This document shows positions 55,900 through 64,000 of a DNA stretch of 64,000 nucleotides, piece after piece. The translations under genes were made by a program, and so were the position numbers. Source of the DNA: a virus. The notes under the pieces were generated by a model that saw nothing but the letters and a program-made list of their open reading frames with translations, was not told the origin of the DNA and made no database searches. The stretch lies in the UHGV virus genome UHGV-1351770. One strand, 5' to 3'. Every line of letters starts with the position of its first letter. Position 1 is the first letter of the stretch.

Positions 55900-56328
55900 A
55901 TGTTCAATAATGTATTCTCTAAAGAAGCTAACCCAATTTTGGTTAACTTTTGGCGTACTCTCCCAGCTAGCCTGTATAATGAGGTTATTAACTCTTTGAA
56001 AATATGGTGTGAGAATAACGAAATCTCCTTTGCTTTTAAAGATGATATTGATGAGGCTCCCTGTATTGGTTTAATTGTGCAGGTAGAGGAGGGTCTTGAA
56101 GAGATTGTCGGCTGGAAAGAGTTAGATGAAATGGGCTTAGTTTTTGCGTTAAACTATAAGCTGTTTATGCCTGCTAAGCATCGCCTCGTTGTTAATTATA
56201 AAACTAGTGAATCTCCTGGTTTTCAGGTTAATGAACGTTATGGTTGGTCTTACTCACCGGAAGAAGTAAATGAGGGGATTCAGAAACTTCGCCGTTTTGG
56301 TTATCAAATTCCGGGTTTAACTGCCTAA
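55900..56328 (+). CDS. Hypothetical protein, paralog A of tandem pair (142 aa)
   Basis: ORF; shares CIG..GL.VALN..F.P and C-terminal IPGLT blocks with next gene. Confidence 0.5.
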   Translation: MFNNVFSKEANPILVNFWRTLPASLYNEVINSLKIWCENNEISFAFKDDIDEAPCIGLIVQVEEGLEEIVGWKELDEMGLVFALNYKLFMPAKHRLVVNYKTSESPGFQVNERYGWSYSPEEVNEGIQKLRRFGYQIPGLTA

Positions 56329-56337
56329 GGGGGCATA

Positions 56338-56727
56338 ATGGAACAAGTATATTGGCGTCAGATTGACCCTAGTTTGGTGAAACGTGCGGAGAAGCTGCTA
56401 CAACGTTGGTTGGGGGTAAGACAAGCCTCCTTCACTTTTCCTGAGCAGCAAACGGATGATCCATGTATTGGCGTTTTCCTGTCTGGATATGCCGAGGAAT
56501 GGGAGATGGATTGGAATGAATTGTCCGCTATGGGTTTAATTGTTGCCCTAAACTTCTCTATATTCCATCCACGTGGTTTGGCCATATGTCGTGTGCCGGA
56601 TGATGGTTGTTCGCCCCATCTTTTACAGGTGGAAGATGATATTTGGGAGTACACTCCAGATATTCTCAAAGAAGCTAAAGAACAGTTAAACCGTGTTGGG
56701 ATCTATGTTCCGGGATTAAATGACTAA
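56338..56727 (+). CDS. Hypothetical protein, paralog B of tandem pair (129 aa)
   Basis: ORF; paralogous to preceding gene. Confidence 0.5.
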   Translation: MEQVYWRQIDPSLVKRAEKLLQRWLGVRQASFTFPEQQTDDPCIGVFLSGYAEEWEMDWNELSAMGLIVALNFSIFHPRGLAICRVPDDGCSPHLLQVEDDIWEYTPDILKEAKEQLNRVGIYVPGLND

Positions 56728-57349
56728 TGATTTTTATTAGCTGAACTCTGATTACCGAGTCATTTTGGCTCGGTTTTATCCGTACTCAAGACCAATGATA
56801 GCACCATCCGGAAAATTTTACTTGCAGGATGCTCAAAATCTTGATATAATATTTATATTGAATTGAGAGACATTAGTAAAAATTGATTTTGCTAATTTTT
56901 CTTGTTTACAATCCGCGATACGGAACAGTTAGGCTGCCCCATTAAGGGTTGTTTTAACTGTTACGTGTTAGTTTTTAAACAAATAGTTAATAGAATACTT
57001 AGCGATCTGCGTCCCGTAGGAACCCTGGTAAGGCCTCGAAGCAACCTAGATAGAGGTGGTTGTGAAGTGAGACGGGAGGAGTGAAAAACTCCGAGACGTG
57101 ATTCTGTAAGTTATACTGCATCTAGTATGAGCTAGTATATGAAGCATTAGGTGAGCAAATCTGGCTTAGCGGCCATCCTCAAGGATTTGTGCGGTATAGC
57201 AAAGCAGCAGCGCAGCGTGAAAGTGGAAGTTGCCACCCCACTTCAGTATTTGCGATTAATTTGTTGAGAAATTGACAGTAACAGTTGTTCTATTCTTTCT
57301 GAATAGTCCTAAAGAAAACTTATTTCATTTCCAACACAGGAGTATTGTT

Positions 57350-60139
57350 GTGTTCTCAATCCTACAAGGTCATGCAGGATTTCATCGCGATTTAGCTACA
57401 GGCAATTGGCGAGAAGTTAAAGCAGAAGACTATCTTTTTGCTAAAAGATTTTCCTCAAAGCATCCTGAAGGTAAACCAGCTTCAATGCCCTTCAAGTTTG
57501 ATGTAATTGATGAAGTTGATCCGCAAACCCTAGTAGAAATGCTTCCTCTTATGAGACGTTTAACGTCTGACCCTCATATCGTTGCGGTACGAGGTAGATG
57601 TCTTGCACCTAAAAATAATGTGCGACGTAAGAAGGGCAACTTTAATGTATCTAACCCAAGCAATATAATTGCAATGGACGTGGATGGTATTGTAGATACA
57701 GGTGGTTGTAACAAGTTTGATCTTGTTGGCATGGCTCGACATATTATTAGAATGTTAAATAGTATTAGTGAGGATATGTTTCCTCTTGATGCAGGGTTTA
57801 TCGCTCATGCATCGTCTTCGGCTGGGCTAAAACCGGGTATCCGAATGCACTTAATACTAGAATCTAATGTTAAAGTAACTCAGGGTCAAATCAAATTCTT
57901 ATTTACATCTATCAACGAAAGTAGTAGACAAAAGTATGGCTTTGATATTGCCGACTTAGCTTATTACTCTTCCGTACAGCTCCATTATTTTGCAGATCCG
58001 TTATTTACCGATGGTATAGTAGATCCGTTTAAAGCGGAGGGTGCTTCACGTCTGGTATTTGTTAAGGGTTCTAAAGTAAATTTACCCAATAATCTGGTTG
58101 ACTATGAAACAGCTAGAGGTGAGTTTAAGGAGGAGTTTTACTCTTTACTCGATCAAATTAAAGGTAAAAAAGCTGCCTCTGATAAAGTAGAGGAAACTAT
58201 CAGCGAACTAGAAGAAGCTGAGGATGGAGTGTATCTACGTATCATACCTAAACTCTATCACAGAGCCTTAGAGGATGGTGTTGATTTTGCATGGCTAGAA
58301 AAAGAAATCCGTCCAGCCTTATCAGAATATATTGCAACTAAAGATAACAGTCGCAATATTCAAGATTACTTTAATAACGGTCGTAAACAGGCTCTGAAAG
58401 CATTTGTTAATAATTCTAAACGTGATATACCTGATGTTTTAAAGGGTATTCCACTCAAAAAGCTAGAAACTAATTCTCTAGAAACTGATAACTTCTTGAA
58501 ATTAAATACTGTACCACCAGAAGGTTATATGACTTTTGTAAAAGCAAGTCTAGGTACAGGTAAAACTACAGCGGTTGTGCGTTGGTTAGATTCAGGAGTT
58601 ATTAAAGGTAATTTCTTAGCAATTACCAATACTCGAGCACTGGTATCTTCAAATGCTAAGAAATTTAGTGCAGGACAATATGATAAGTCTGTAGATATGC
58701 TTAATTTTAAGCGTGGTGCTATTGACCGTATGTCCACAACTATTCACTCTTTGCATAAGTTCAAGAGTTTTATTGGTCAAATCGATGCAATCTTTATCGA
58801 TGAATGTGATGCTGTAATGAATGACCTACTATTCGCCCCGGTTGTTAAACAACGTCGTGAATGTATTCAGGTTCTTCGGGATATTCTTGCAACTGCAAAA
58901 ATCATTATATTATCTGATGGGGATATTAGTGCAGAAACAATTGAAGCATATGGTTCTTTGATTGAGTTTGATAAACCAGTAGCATTTTATAATCATCACC
59001 GTAAGATGCTGTCAAAAGCTCATGCTTATGAGTTTCCTGATGAATCCAGTATTTGGGTTGCACTTCAGACTTCTCTAGAAATGGGGGAGAAATCTATTCT
59101 GGTATCTGATTGTGGCCCGGATGAACTGAATGAGAAGGGCATGGCGTTGCGTCGTAATACTGGTGCGTTAGTTAAGGAAATCCACTCAAATTCTACATCC
59201 GATGTAGATATTCGACGTATTCTGGATTACACAACTAATGAGCTAATTGATCAACAAATTGATTGCTTATTATGTAGTCCATCCGTAACAAGTGGTGTTG
59301 ACTTCAACTATTTTGATAACGTATTCGTTATTACTAGAACCAGCAACCAAGCGCCAAACATGCGTTTCCAAGCAATCAGGCGCGACCGTGGCGCTCAGAA
59401 CATTTATTATTTTATTGATAAATCTACGAGTGGATTCTCCGCAGGTTCTGAGCAATATAACATTGATGAAGGTTGGCTGGAGTTAGCACAGCAATTATAC
59501 GCACGTCGCAGGGAGCTGGAATCTAGAAACTATACTAGTACTTTACGTTATTACTTGCTTGATCAGGGTGCAACTATTGATATTTTCAGCGAAAGCTGGG
59601 GAACTATCGAAGGTGCAGGAAAAGAGTATACGGAAGAGCGAATCAAAGCTATTTTGTATTCAACCCCTGATTATTGTGCTCCACGCCATGCAGATGCGTA
59701 TGAAGCTAAACTACTTCTTGTTCGCTATTATCATCTTGAGTCTATTAAAGATGTAACAGTTGAGCATGTTGAACAATATATCAAGGATAAACCGAATGAT
59801 CGAGCGGCATTCTTCCATAAAATGCACGAGATGTTCTGGGAAGATATTAAGAAGTGTTCAAATGTCACTATCAAACCATTCATAGAAGCTCTGAAAGGTA
59901 AGAAGAAAGATTTCTTCCTTAAAACAGGTCAGAGTGCTAACCCAAAATATGCTAGAATGTATCTTGGTATGATGGGTATTGGTAAGGATATGAACACGGA
60001 GAATATTGTAGACTGGTACAGAACCTATTGTAAAATCGAGTGTATGCCAATCCCGTATAAGTTTATGACTGATGAGGAGAAACATATGCATGATGAAGCA
60101 ATGGCAGAGCTAGGTGCTAGAAATGACAGTGAAGAATAA
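57350..60139 (+). CDS. Large Walker A/B NTPase, helicase- or replication-origin-binding-like protein (about 929 aa)
   Basis: Walker A SLGTGKTT and Walker B IFIDECD; GTG start with CAGGAG RBS chosen over upstream ATG lacking RBS. Confidence 0.6.
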   Translation: MFSILQGHAGFHRDLATGNWREVKAEDYLFAKRFSSKHPEGKPASMPFKFDVIDEVDPQTLVEMLPLMRRLTSDPHIVAVRGRCLAPKNNVRRKKGNFNVSNPSNIIAMDVDGIVDTGGCNKFDLVGMARHIIRMLNSISEDMFPLDAGFIAHASSSAGLKPGIRMHLILESNVKVTQGQIKFLFTSINESSRQKYGFDIADLAYYSSVQLHYFADPLFTDGIVDPFKAEGASRLVFVKGSKVNLPNNLVDYETARGEFKEEFYSLLDQIKGKKAASDKVEETISELEEAEDGVYLRIIPKLYHRALEDGVDFAWLEKEIRPALSEYIATKDNSRNIQDYFNNGRKQALKAFVNNSKRDIPDVLKGIPLKKLETNSLETDNFLKLNTVPPEGYMTFVKASLGTGKTTAVVRWLDSGVIKGNFLAITNTRALVSSNAKKFSAGQYDKSVDMLNFKRGAIDRMSTTIHSLHKFKSFIGQIDAIFIDECDAVMNDLLFAPVVKQRRECIQVLRDILATAKIIILSDGDISAETIEAYGSLIEFDKPVAFYNHHRKMLSKAHAYEFPDESSIWVALQTSLEMGEKSILVSDCGPDELNEKGMALRRNTGALVKEIHSNSTSDVDIRRILDYTTNELIDQQIDCLLCSPSVTSGVDFNYFDNVFVITRTSNQAPNMRFQAIRRDRGAQNIYYFIDKSTSGFSAGSEQYNIDEGWLELAQQLYARRRELESRNYTSTLRYYLLDQGATIDIFSESWGTIEGAGKEYTEERIKAILYSTPDYCAPRHADAYEAKLLLVRYYHLESIKDVTVEHVEQYIKDKPNDRAAFFHKMHEMFWEDIKKCSNVTIKPFIEALKGKKKDFFLKTGQSANPKYARMYLGMMGIGKDMNTENIVDWYRTYCKIECMPIPYKFMTDEEKHMHDEAMAELGARNDSEE

Positions 60140-60356
60140 AAAATGGGAAACAAGGAAGTTTCCAGTAAAAGAACGTAAAGTTCCTGTTTACGACACTTCG
60201 GAAAAGCTATGTAGGGTGGTACCGCATAGATTAGCTGGCATCCCTAACATATCCGAGTGGCTACTTAAACAACGGAAAACTAATGTGTCTCTTCGCATCG
60301 GCTTTGAGTTAGATAAAGTCTATGCTGAACTTGCTTCTTTGCTCAAGGAATCGTAA
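60114..60356 (+). CDS. Hypothetical protein (80 aa)
   Basis: ORF overlapping 3' end of helicase gene. Confidence 0.4.
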   Translation: MLEMTVKNKKWETRKFPVKERKVPVYDTSEKLCRVVPHRLAGIPNISEWLLKQRKTNVSLRIGFELDKVYAELASLLKES

Positions 60357-60363
60357 AAATTTA

Positions 60364-60393
60364 TTTGCATAGTGCAAATAATTTCTGTATAAT
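60364..60393 (+). promoter_or_regulatory. Promoter: -35 TTGCAT, 18 bp, -10 TATAAT with conserved leader ATAAATTTGAGAGAGGAG
   Basis: Seen in sequence. Confidence 0.6.
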
Positions 60394-60424
60394 AGATTCA
60401 TAAATTTGAGAGAGGAGTTTAAAT

Positions 60425-61129
60425 ATGGCTGGTTCTCGTAGAAAGAAACATATCCATGAAATCCCAGATGAAGTCTTTAAAAAGGTTATAGAGCATCTGG
60501 AGAACGGTGGTACTAAGAAAGCAGCATGTGAAATGCTCGGCGTATCCTCTAATCCAACTATGGAAAGGATGATTGAAGAGTGGCAAGATCGCCAAATTCA
60601 AGTTGCCGAAATGAAGAAAAAGAAACGTGGCACACTAATTGAAGGCATCGAGTTAGCCAACGTTATTGAGCAGTATTTATCTGGTGATTCTTTTGAAGAA
60701 ATTGCCGATCGTAATTATCGCTCTGTAGCAATGGTTAAATCTGTTCTGGAACGCTACGGTGCTCTACTTCGTTTGAATGATATTGTAGATCCACTGAATC
60801 CTCCGATTATTCCTGATGATGCTGTAGCAGAAGAATTTGCAGTTGGTGAGCTTGTTTGGGTTCCTGGATACCAGTGTATCGGTGAAATCAAAAAAGCAAT
60901 GGATAACCCTGTTGGTTGCTACCGTGTATGGCTCCTATCAGAAGGCAAACAACAGAACGTCCATTATATGAATTACGAGCTGGCTTCTGTTAAACATCTG
61001 GAAAAGCTAGGGGTTGACGTAAAATCTCTAGGGTACAAGTGGACTCGTGAAGAAATTATTACGTTGATTAACGAAGCTGTTAAGGCCGCCTTGAAACTTG
61101 ATAAAGAAAAAGGAAAACGCCGTGAGTAG
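60425..61129 (+). CDS. HTH DNA-binding protein (234 aa); comparable in size to T5 D5 DNA-binding protein
   Basis: N-terminal helix-turn-helix-like segment TKKAACEMLGVS; D5 comparison is inference from size and position. Confidence 0.45.
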   Translation: MAGSRRKKHIHEIPDEVFKKVIEHLENGGTKKAACEMLGVSSNPTMERMIEEWQDRQIQVAEMKKKKRGTLIEGIELANVIEQYLSGDSFEEIADRNYRSVAMVKSVLERYGALLRLNDIVDPLNPPIIPDDAVAEEFAVGELVWVPGYQCIGEIKKAMDNPVGCYRVWLLSEGKQQNVHYMNYELASVKHLEKLGVDVKSLGYKWTREEIITLINEAVKAALKLDKEKGKRRE

Positions 61130-61373
61130 ACTAACTGATTTACTTAAAGATGGGGAAGTAAAAACACTATATCGTAGAAGCTGGGATAACGATAATAACG
61201 GCTTAGTGTTACTAACTTTAGATGCTGACTCGGATGTAGCTACTCAGCATACCTGGGTAGCCGGTAACTATCCATATAGCGAGGTTGTTTCATTAACAGT
61301 ATGCGAAGCTATTGCAGACGATTGGGAGGTTGCCAGCATCGAGGATATGCTCGCTGTTGGCCTGGTGGAGTAA
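61098..61373 (+). CDS. Hypothetical protein (91 aa)
   Basis: ORF. Confidence 0.4.
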   Translation: MIKKKENAVSRLTDLLKDGEVKTLYRRSWDNDNNGLVLLTLDADSDVATQHTWVAGNYPYSEVVSLTVCEAIADDWEVASIEDMLAVGLVE

Positions 61374-61476
61374 CTACTTAAAAATTTCAGTTGCTTAATC
61401 CTACAATTCTTGATATAATATTCTCATAGTTTGAAAGAACTATTCTGTTTAATTCTTAATTAAGGAAATATAAAAT

Positions 61477-61887
61477 ATGACTACTCCAACTCAGTGGACT
61501 GATGAACTGTTCGAAAAAATGTCTTCCGAATATGTTGCTCGTATGGAGCAATTCCCAGAGGATGAACGTCCCGGTGTTAGCATGGAAATTGTTAGCGAAA
61601 TTGCCCAGGAAAATGGCGTAACTCCGAACGGTTTTCGTATGAAGCTGACTAAAGCAGGTTTGTATATCAAGAAAGCTGCTGGTTCTACTTCTAAATCTAG
61701 CGCATCTACTGGAGAAAAAGCTTCCGGTGGTTCTCGTACCTCCAAAGCACAAGCCCATGCCGACCTTCGCGCAGCATTCTCTGACGCTGGCTTAGCACCA
61801 GATTTTCTGGATGATGCAATTATCGACAAACTGACCGGTAAAGCGGCTGCTCATCTGGCAGAAGCAATCCGAGCTATCACTAAGTAA
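61477..61887 (+). CDS. Hypothetical protein (136 aa)
   Basis: ORF with AGGAAAT RBS. Confidence 0.5.
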   Translation: MTTPTQWTDELFEKMSSEYVARMEQFPEDERPGVSMEIVSEIAQENGVTPNGFRMKLTKAGLYIKKAAGSTSKSSASTGEKASGGSRTSKAQAHADLRAAFSDAGLAPDFLDDAIIDKLTGKAAAHLAEAIRAITK

Positions 61888-61924
61888 TATTTAGATAAAT
61901 CCACCAACAAAAGGAACTACAGTT

Positions 61925-62221
61925 ATGACCAAAGCTGAAATTATCGCACAATGTGAAAAATTTGGTGAGTTTTATCTTCATTACGAGAAACTTCGTCAGA
62001 AAGGAACCACGTACCTTCAGGGTACGATGGAATTTGATCCAGCCCAAGATAAATATCTGGCTGAGCGTATTAAACGTGAACGTATTCGTAAAGAGAAAGA
62101 TGATGAGATCCTTGTCTTCTCTCGTACTAATGATAGCTTCCGTTTTATTCCTGTCGAGAAAGTCCGTCGTGTGACTAGCCTCCAATCAGAGTTAGATCGT
62201 GCTTCTCCAGTAGGCCGATAA
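61925..62221 (+). CDS. Hypothetical protein (98 aa)
   Basis: ORF. Confidence 0.45.
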   Translation: MTKAEIIAQCEKFGEFYLHYEKLRQKGTTYLQGTMEFDPAQDKYLAERIKRERIRKEKDDEILVFSRTNDSFRFIPVEKVRRVTSLQSELDRASPVGR

Positions 62222-62271
62222 GAAACCAATTAGCCCCTATATGGGGCTTTTTGTGTATTTGGGATATGTAA

Positions 62272-62580
62272 ATGAGCGAACAGGTAAATCAAAACTATGA
62301 AGGACACGTTGATGACCAGTCCATCATACTTTGGGAGAAGGAGGGAGAACAAGTAAGATTAACAGTATCTGAATTTCGTGGGAATCTATACATGGGTATT
62401 CGTTACTGGCTTCTTGATATTAATGATGAATGGTTTCCAACGAAATCTGGCTTCTCTTTTCCTTACACCCTAGAAACAACATCACAGCTTTTCTATGCGT
62501 TTACACAGATTCTTAGCGAATCTGAGGTTTTACATGAAGTACAGAAACGAGCTGAAGAACTCAAAGCCAAGAATGCCTAG
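62272..62580 (+). CDS. Hypothetical protein (102 aa)
   Basis: ORF. Confidence 0.45.
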   Translation: MSEQVNQNYEGHVDDQSIILWEKEGEQVRLTVSEFRGNLYMGIRYWLLDINDEWFPTKSGFSFPYTLETTSQLFYAFTQILSESEVLHEVQKRAEELKAKNA

Positions 62581-62667
62581 TTCTTGGCTTTTTCTTTATA
62601 AATGTATTTGCTTTCAACTCAGTTTTGTTATATAATATTTATATAAATTAATGAGAGATACAAATAA

Positions 62668-63639
62668 ATGACTAATGTAAAAGAATTTATTAAACGCTGT
62701 CAAGAAGCATACTATCAAGGCATGTCTTTAATCTCTGATGAAGAATATGATTGCTTAGTAAAACGCTTCCCACTAGAAGAAGAGATCGGGCCTAAGGGTG
62801 ATATTCCACATCTGTATCGTATGTATTCTTTGCAGAAAGTTTACTATAATCGTGGAGACAAACCACCATTCAATCCATTAGGACAAGTAGAAACAGATAA
62901 ACTGGATGGGTGTGCAATTTCTCTACTGTATATTGATGGTGAATTTGTCCAAGCACTAACTCGTGGTAACGGTATTTTAGGAAATGATGTCACAAGCAAC
63001 GTAAGATTGCTGAACATACCTAAAAAGATTTCTCAAAAAGTACCAACCCAAATCACTGGTGAAGTTCTAATTACAAAAGAAGTAGAAAATAAACGTAACT
63101 TTGCCTCTGGTGCTATTAACCTCAAAGATAGCGATGATTTCGTACAACGTATTGGAGAAGGTGGTTTAATCTTCGTTGCATATGGTATTCAGTGTTCTGC
63201 CGAATCTGTAGGTATTACAGAATCGTATTTAAAAGATATGCTTTGGCTAGAGAATGAGGACTTCTTAACAGTTGTTAATGTGCGTTCCTTCTTTAAATGG
63301 ATTCCTACGGACGGTAAAGTTGTTCGTATTAATGACAACAACAAATTCTTCCGAGAAGGCTGGACTAATAAATTCCCTCGTGGAGCATTCGCTATTAAAG
63401 AGGATGAAGAAGGCGAGATTACAACTCTTACTAAAGTTGAATGGCAGGTAGGGGCTTCTGGTAAAGTAACTCCAGTTGGCTATTTCGAACCGGTAATTAT
63501 TGATGATGCTACAATTGTTAAGGCGACTCTTAATAACGTTGATTATATTAACTCTCTTGATCTAGAGATCGGTTGCCAGATTCGAGTGATTCGTGCTGGT
63601 GGTGTAATCCCGTGCATAGTAGAGCGAGTATACGATTAA
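62668..63639 (+). CDS. ligA: NAD-dependent DNA ligase, N-terminal adenylation-domain subunit (KxDG motif KLDG)
   Basis: LigA adenylation motif I; ORF stops before Zn-finger/HhH part, which follows as a separate ORF. Confidence 0.7.
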   Translation: MTNVKEFIKRCQEAYYQGMSLISDEEYDCLVKRFPLEEEIGPKGDIPHLYRMYSLQKVYYNRGDKPPFNPLGQVETDKLDGCAISLLYIDGEFVQALTRGNGILGNDVTSNVRLLNIPKKISQKVPTQITGEVLITKEVENKRNFASGAINLKDSDDFVQRIGEGGLIFVAYGIQCSAESVGITESYLKDMLWLENEDFLTVVNVRSFFKWIPTDGKVVRINDNNKFFREGWTNKFPRGAFAIKEDEEGEITTLTKVEWQVGASGKVTPVGYFEPVIIDDATIVKATLNNVDYINSLDLEIGCQIRVIRAGGVIPCIVERVYD

Positions 63640-63783
63640 TACATAACCCTTTGCTACCCATCTACCATATCGGAATTATAAAGTGGTTATTGACATTTTC
63701 GCCGCTTAGGTATATACTATTATCATTCAGTTGAGGGATAGAAAGTTATGGCGAGGGTAAGCAAAGTTAGTTAAAATTGTAGT

Positions 63784-63811
63784 TGCTAAATGCTTAAATA
63801 CTTGCTATAAT
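63784..63811 (+). promoter_or_regulatory. Promoter between the two ligase ORFs: TTGCTA-16-TATAAT
   Basis: Seen in sequence. Confidence 0.55.
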
Positions 63812-63840
63812 ATTTATATAAATTGATAAGGAAGAAATTT

Positions 63841-64000
63841 GATGAAAATCGAAATTCCAACACAATGTCCCTCTTGTGGTTCTAAGCTAGATCTTGTCAA
63901 CGGACAATTATTCTGTCGGAATAAGTCCAACTGTCCAGCGCAATCAAGTAAGTTAATTGAGAACTTCTGTTCAAAAATGAAGTTAAAGGGCTTTGGCCCA
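63841..64000 (+). CDS. NAD-dependent DNA ligase C-terminal subunit (Cys4 zinc finger [16 protein letters not shown]), 3'-partial
   Basis: LigA zinc-finger signature; continues beyond window. Confidence 0.65.

Noticed and set aside
56860-57345. Retron msr/msd, tmRNA or group I intron in the long leader
   Set aside because: The downstream gene is a Walker A/B NTPase, not a reverse transcriptase. No tRNA-like 3' end or tag-peptide ORF was found. No P/Q/R/S group I intron core pairings were recognisable by eye.
1-64000. Prophage or integrative elements (integrase, attachment sites)
   Set aside because: No integrase, repressor or att-like direct repeats seen; content is that of a strictly lytic T5-like phage.

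Overview
This 64 kb window reads as a T5-like virulent siphophage genome (Tequintavirus / Demerecviridae-type organisation). That assignment rests on gene content and synteny only; no database search was possible.

Layout, left to right:
- **1-2300:** leftward pre-early-type genes, including the 3' part of a large A1-like ORF and a 135-aa A2-like ORF.
- **2300-8770:** mostly non-coding control DNA with perfect DnaA boxes, LexA-box-like palindromes, nested inverted repeats and tandem 14-bp repeats. This resembles the T5 injection-stop / first-step-transfer boundary. Within it, a 3.8 kb rightward cassette of nine small ORFs (3821-7206) is flanked by a 40-bp inverted repeat.
- **8778-26729:** a long leftward block of early genes. 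It starts with an AT-rich, translationally coupled operon of unknown function. It also holds two calcineurin-like phosphatases, a thioredoxin-like protein, an HNH homing endonuclease, the holin and M15 endolysin, a ClpP-like protease, dNMP kinase, a spanin pair and a GrcA-like glycyl-radical protein.
- **26753-38281:** a cluster of about 25 tRNA genes, all leftward, several with non-canonical architecture. Small ORFs and ORF-free, structured segments lie between them.
- **35465-37093:** a three-gene rightward island (Gly-zipper/Q-rich, Q-rich and Cys-rich proteins) that converges on a frameshifted SPFH / band-7 gene.
- **39122-51586:** a leftward nucleotide-metabolism block: YqeY-like, SleB-like hydrolase, CheY-like receiver protein, DEDD exonuclease, NADAR, RNase H, thymidylate synthase, DHFR, NrdB, NrdA, PhoH.
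- **51938-64000:** rightward genes: NrdD, Sir2-like, HAD-like, tandem paralogs, a 929-aa Walker A/B helicase-like protein, an HTH protein and a split NAD-dependent ligase.

More than 20 copies of one promoter-plus-leader module punctuate the genome: TTGCTA-N17-TATAAT followed by ATAAATTGATGAGAGG.

The best candidates for something new are the IR-flanked pre-early cassette, the AT-rich coupled operon at 8778-11032, the rightward island at 35465-37093 and the tRNAs with mismatched identity and anticodon.
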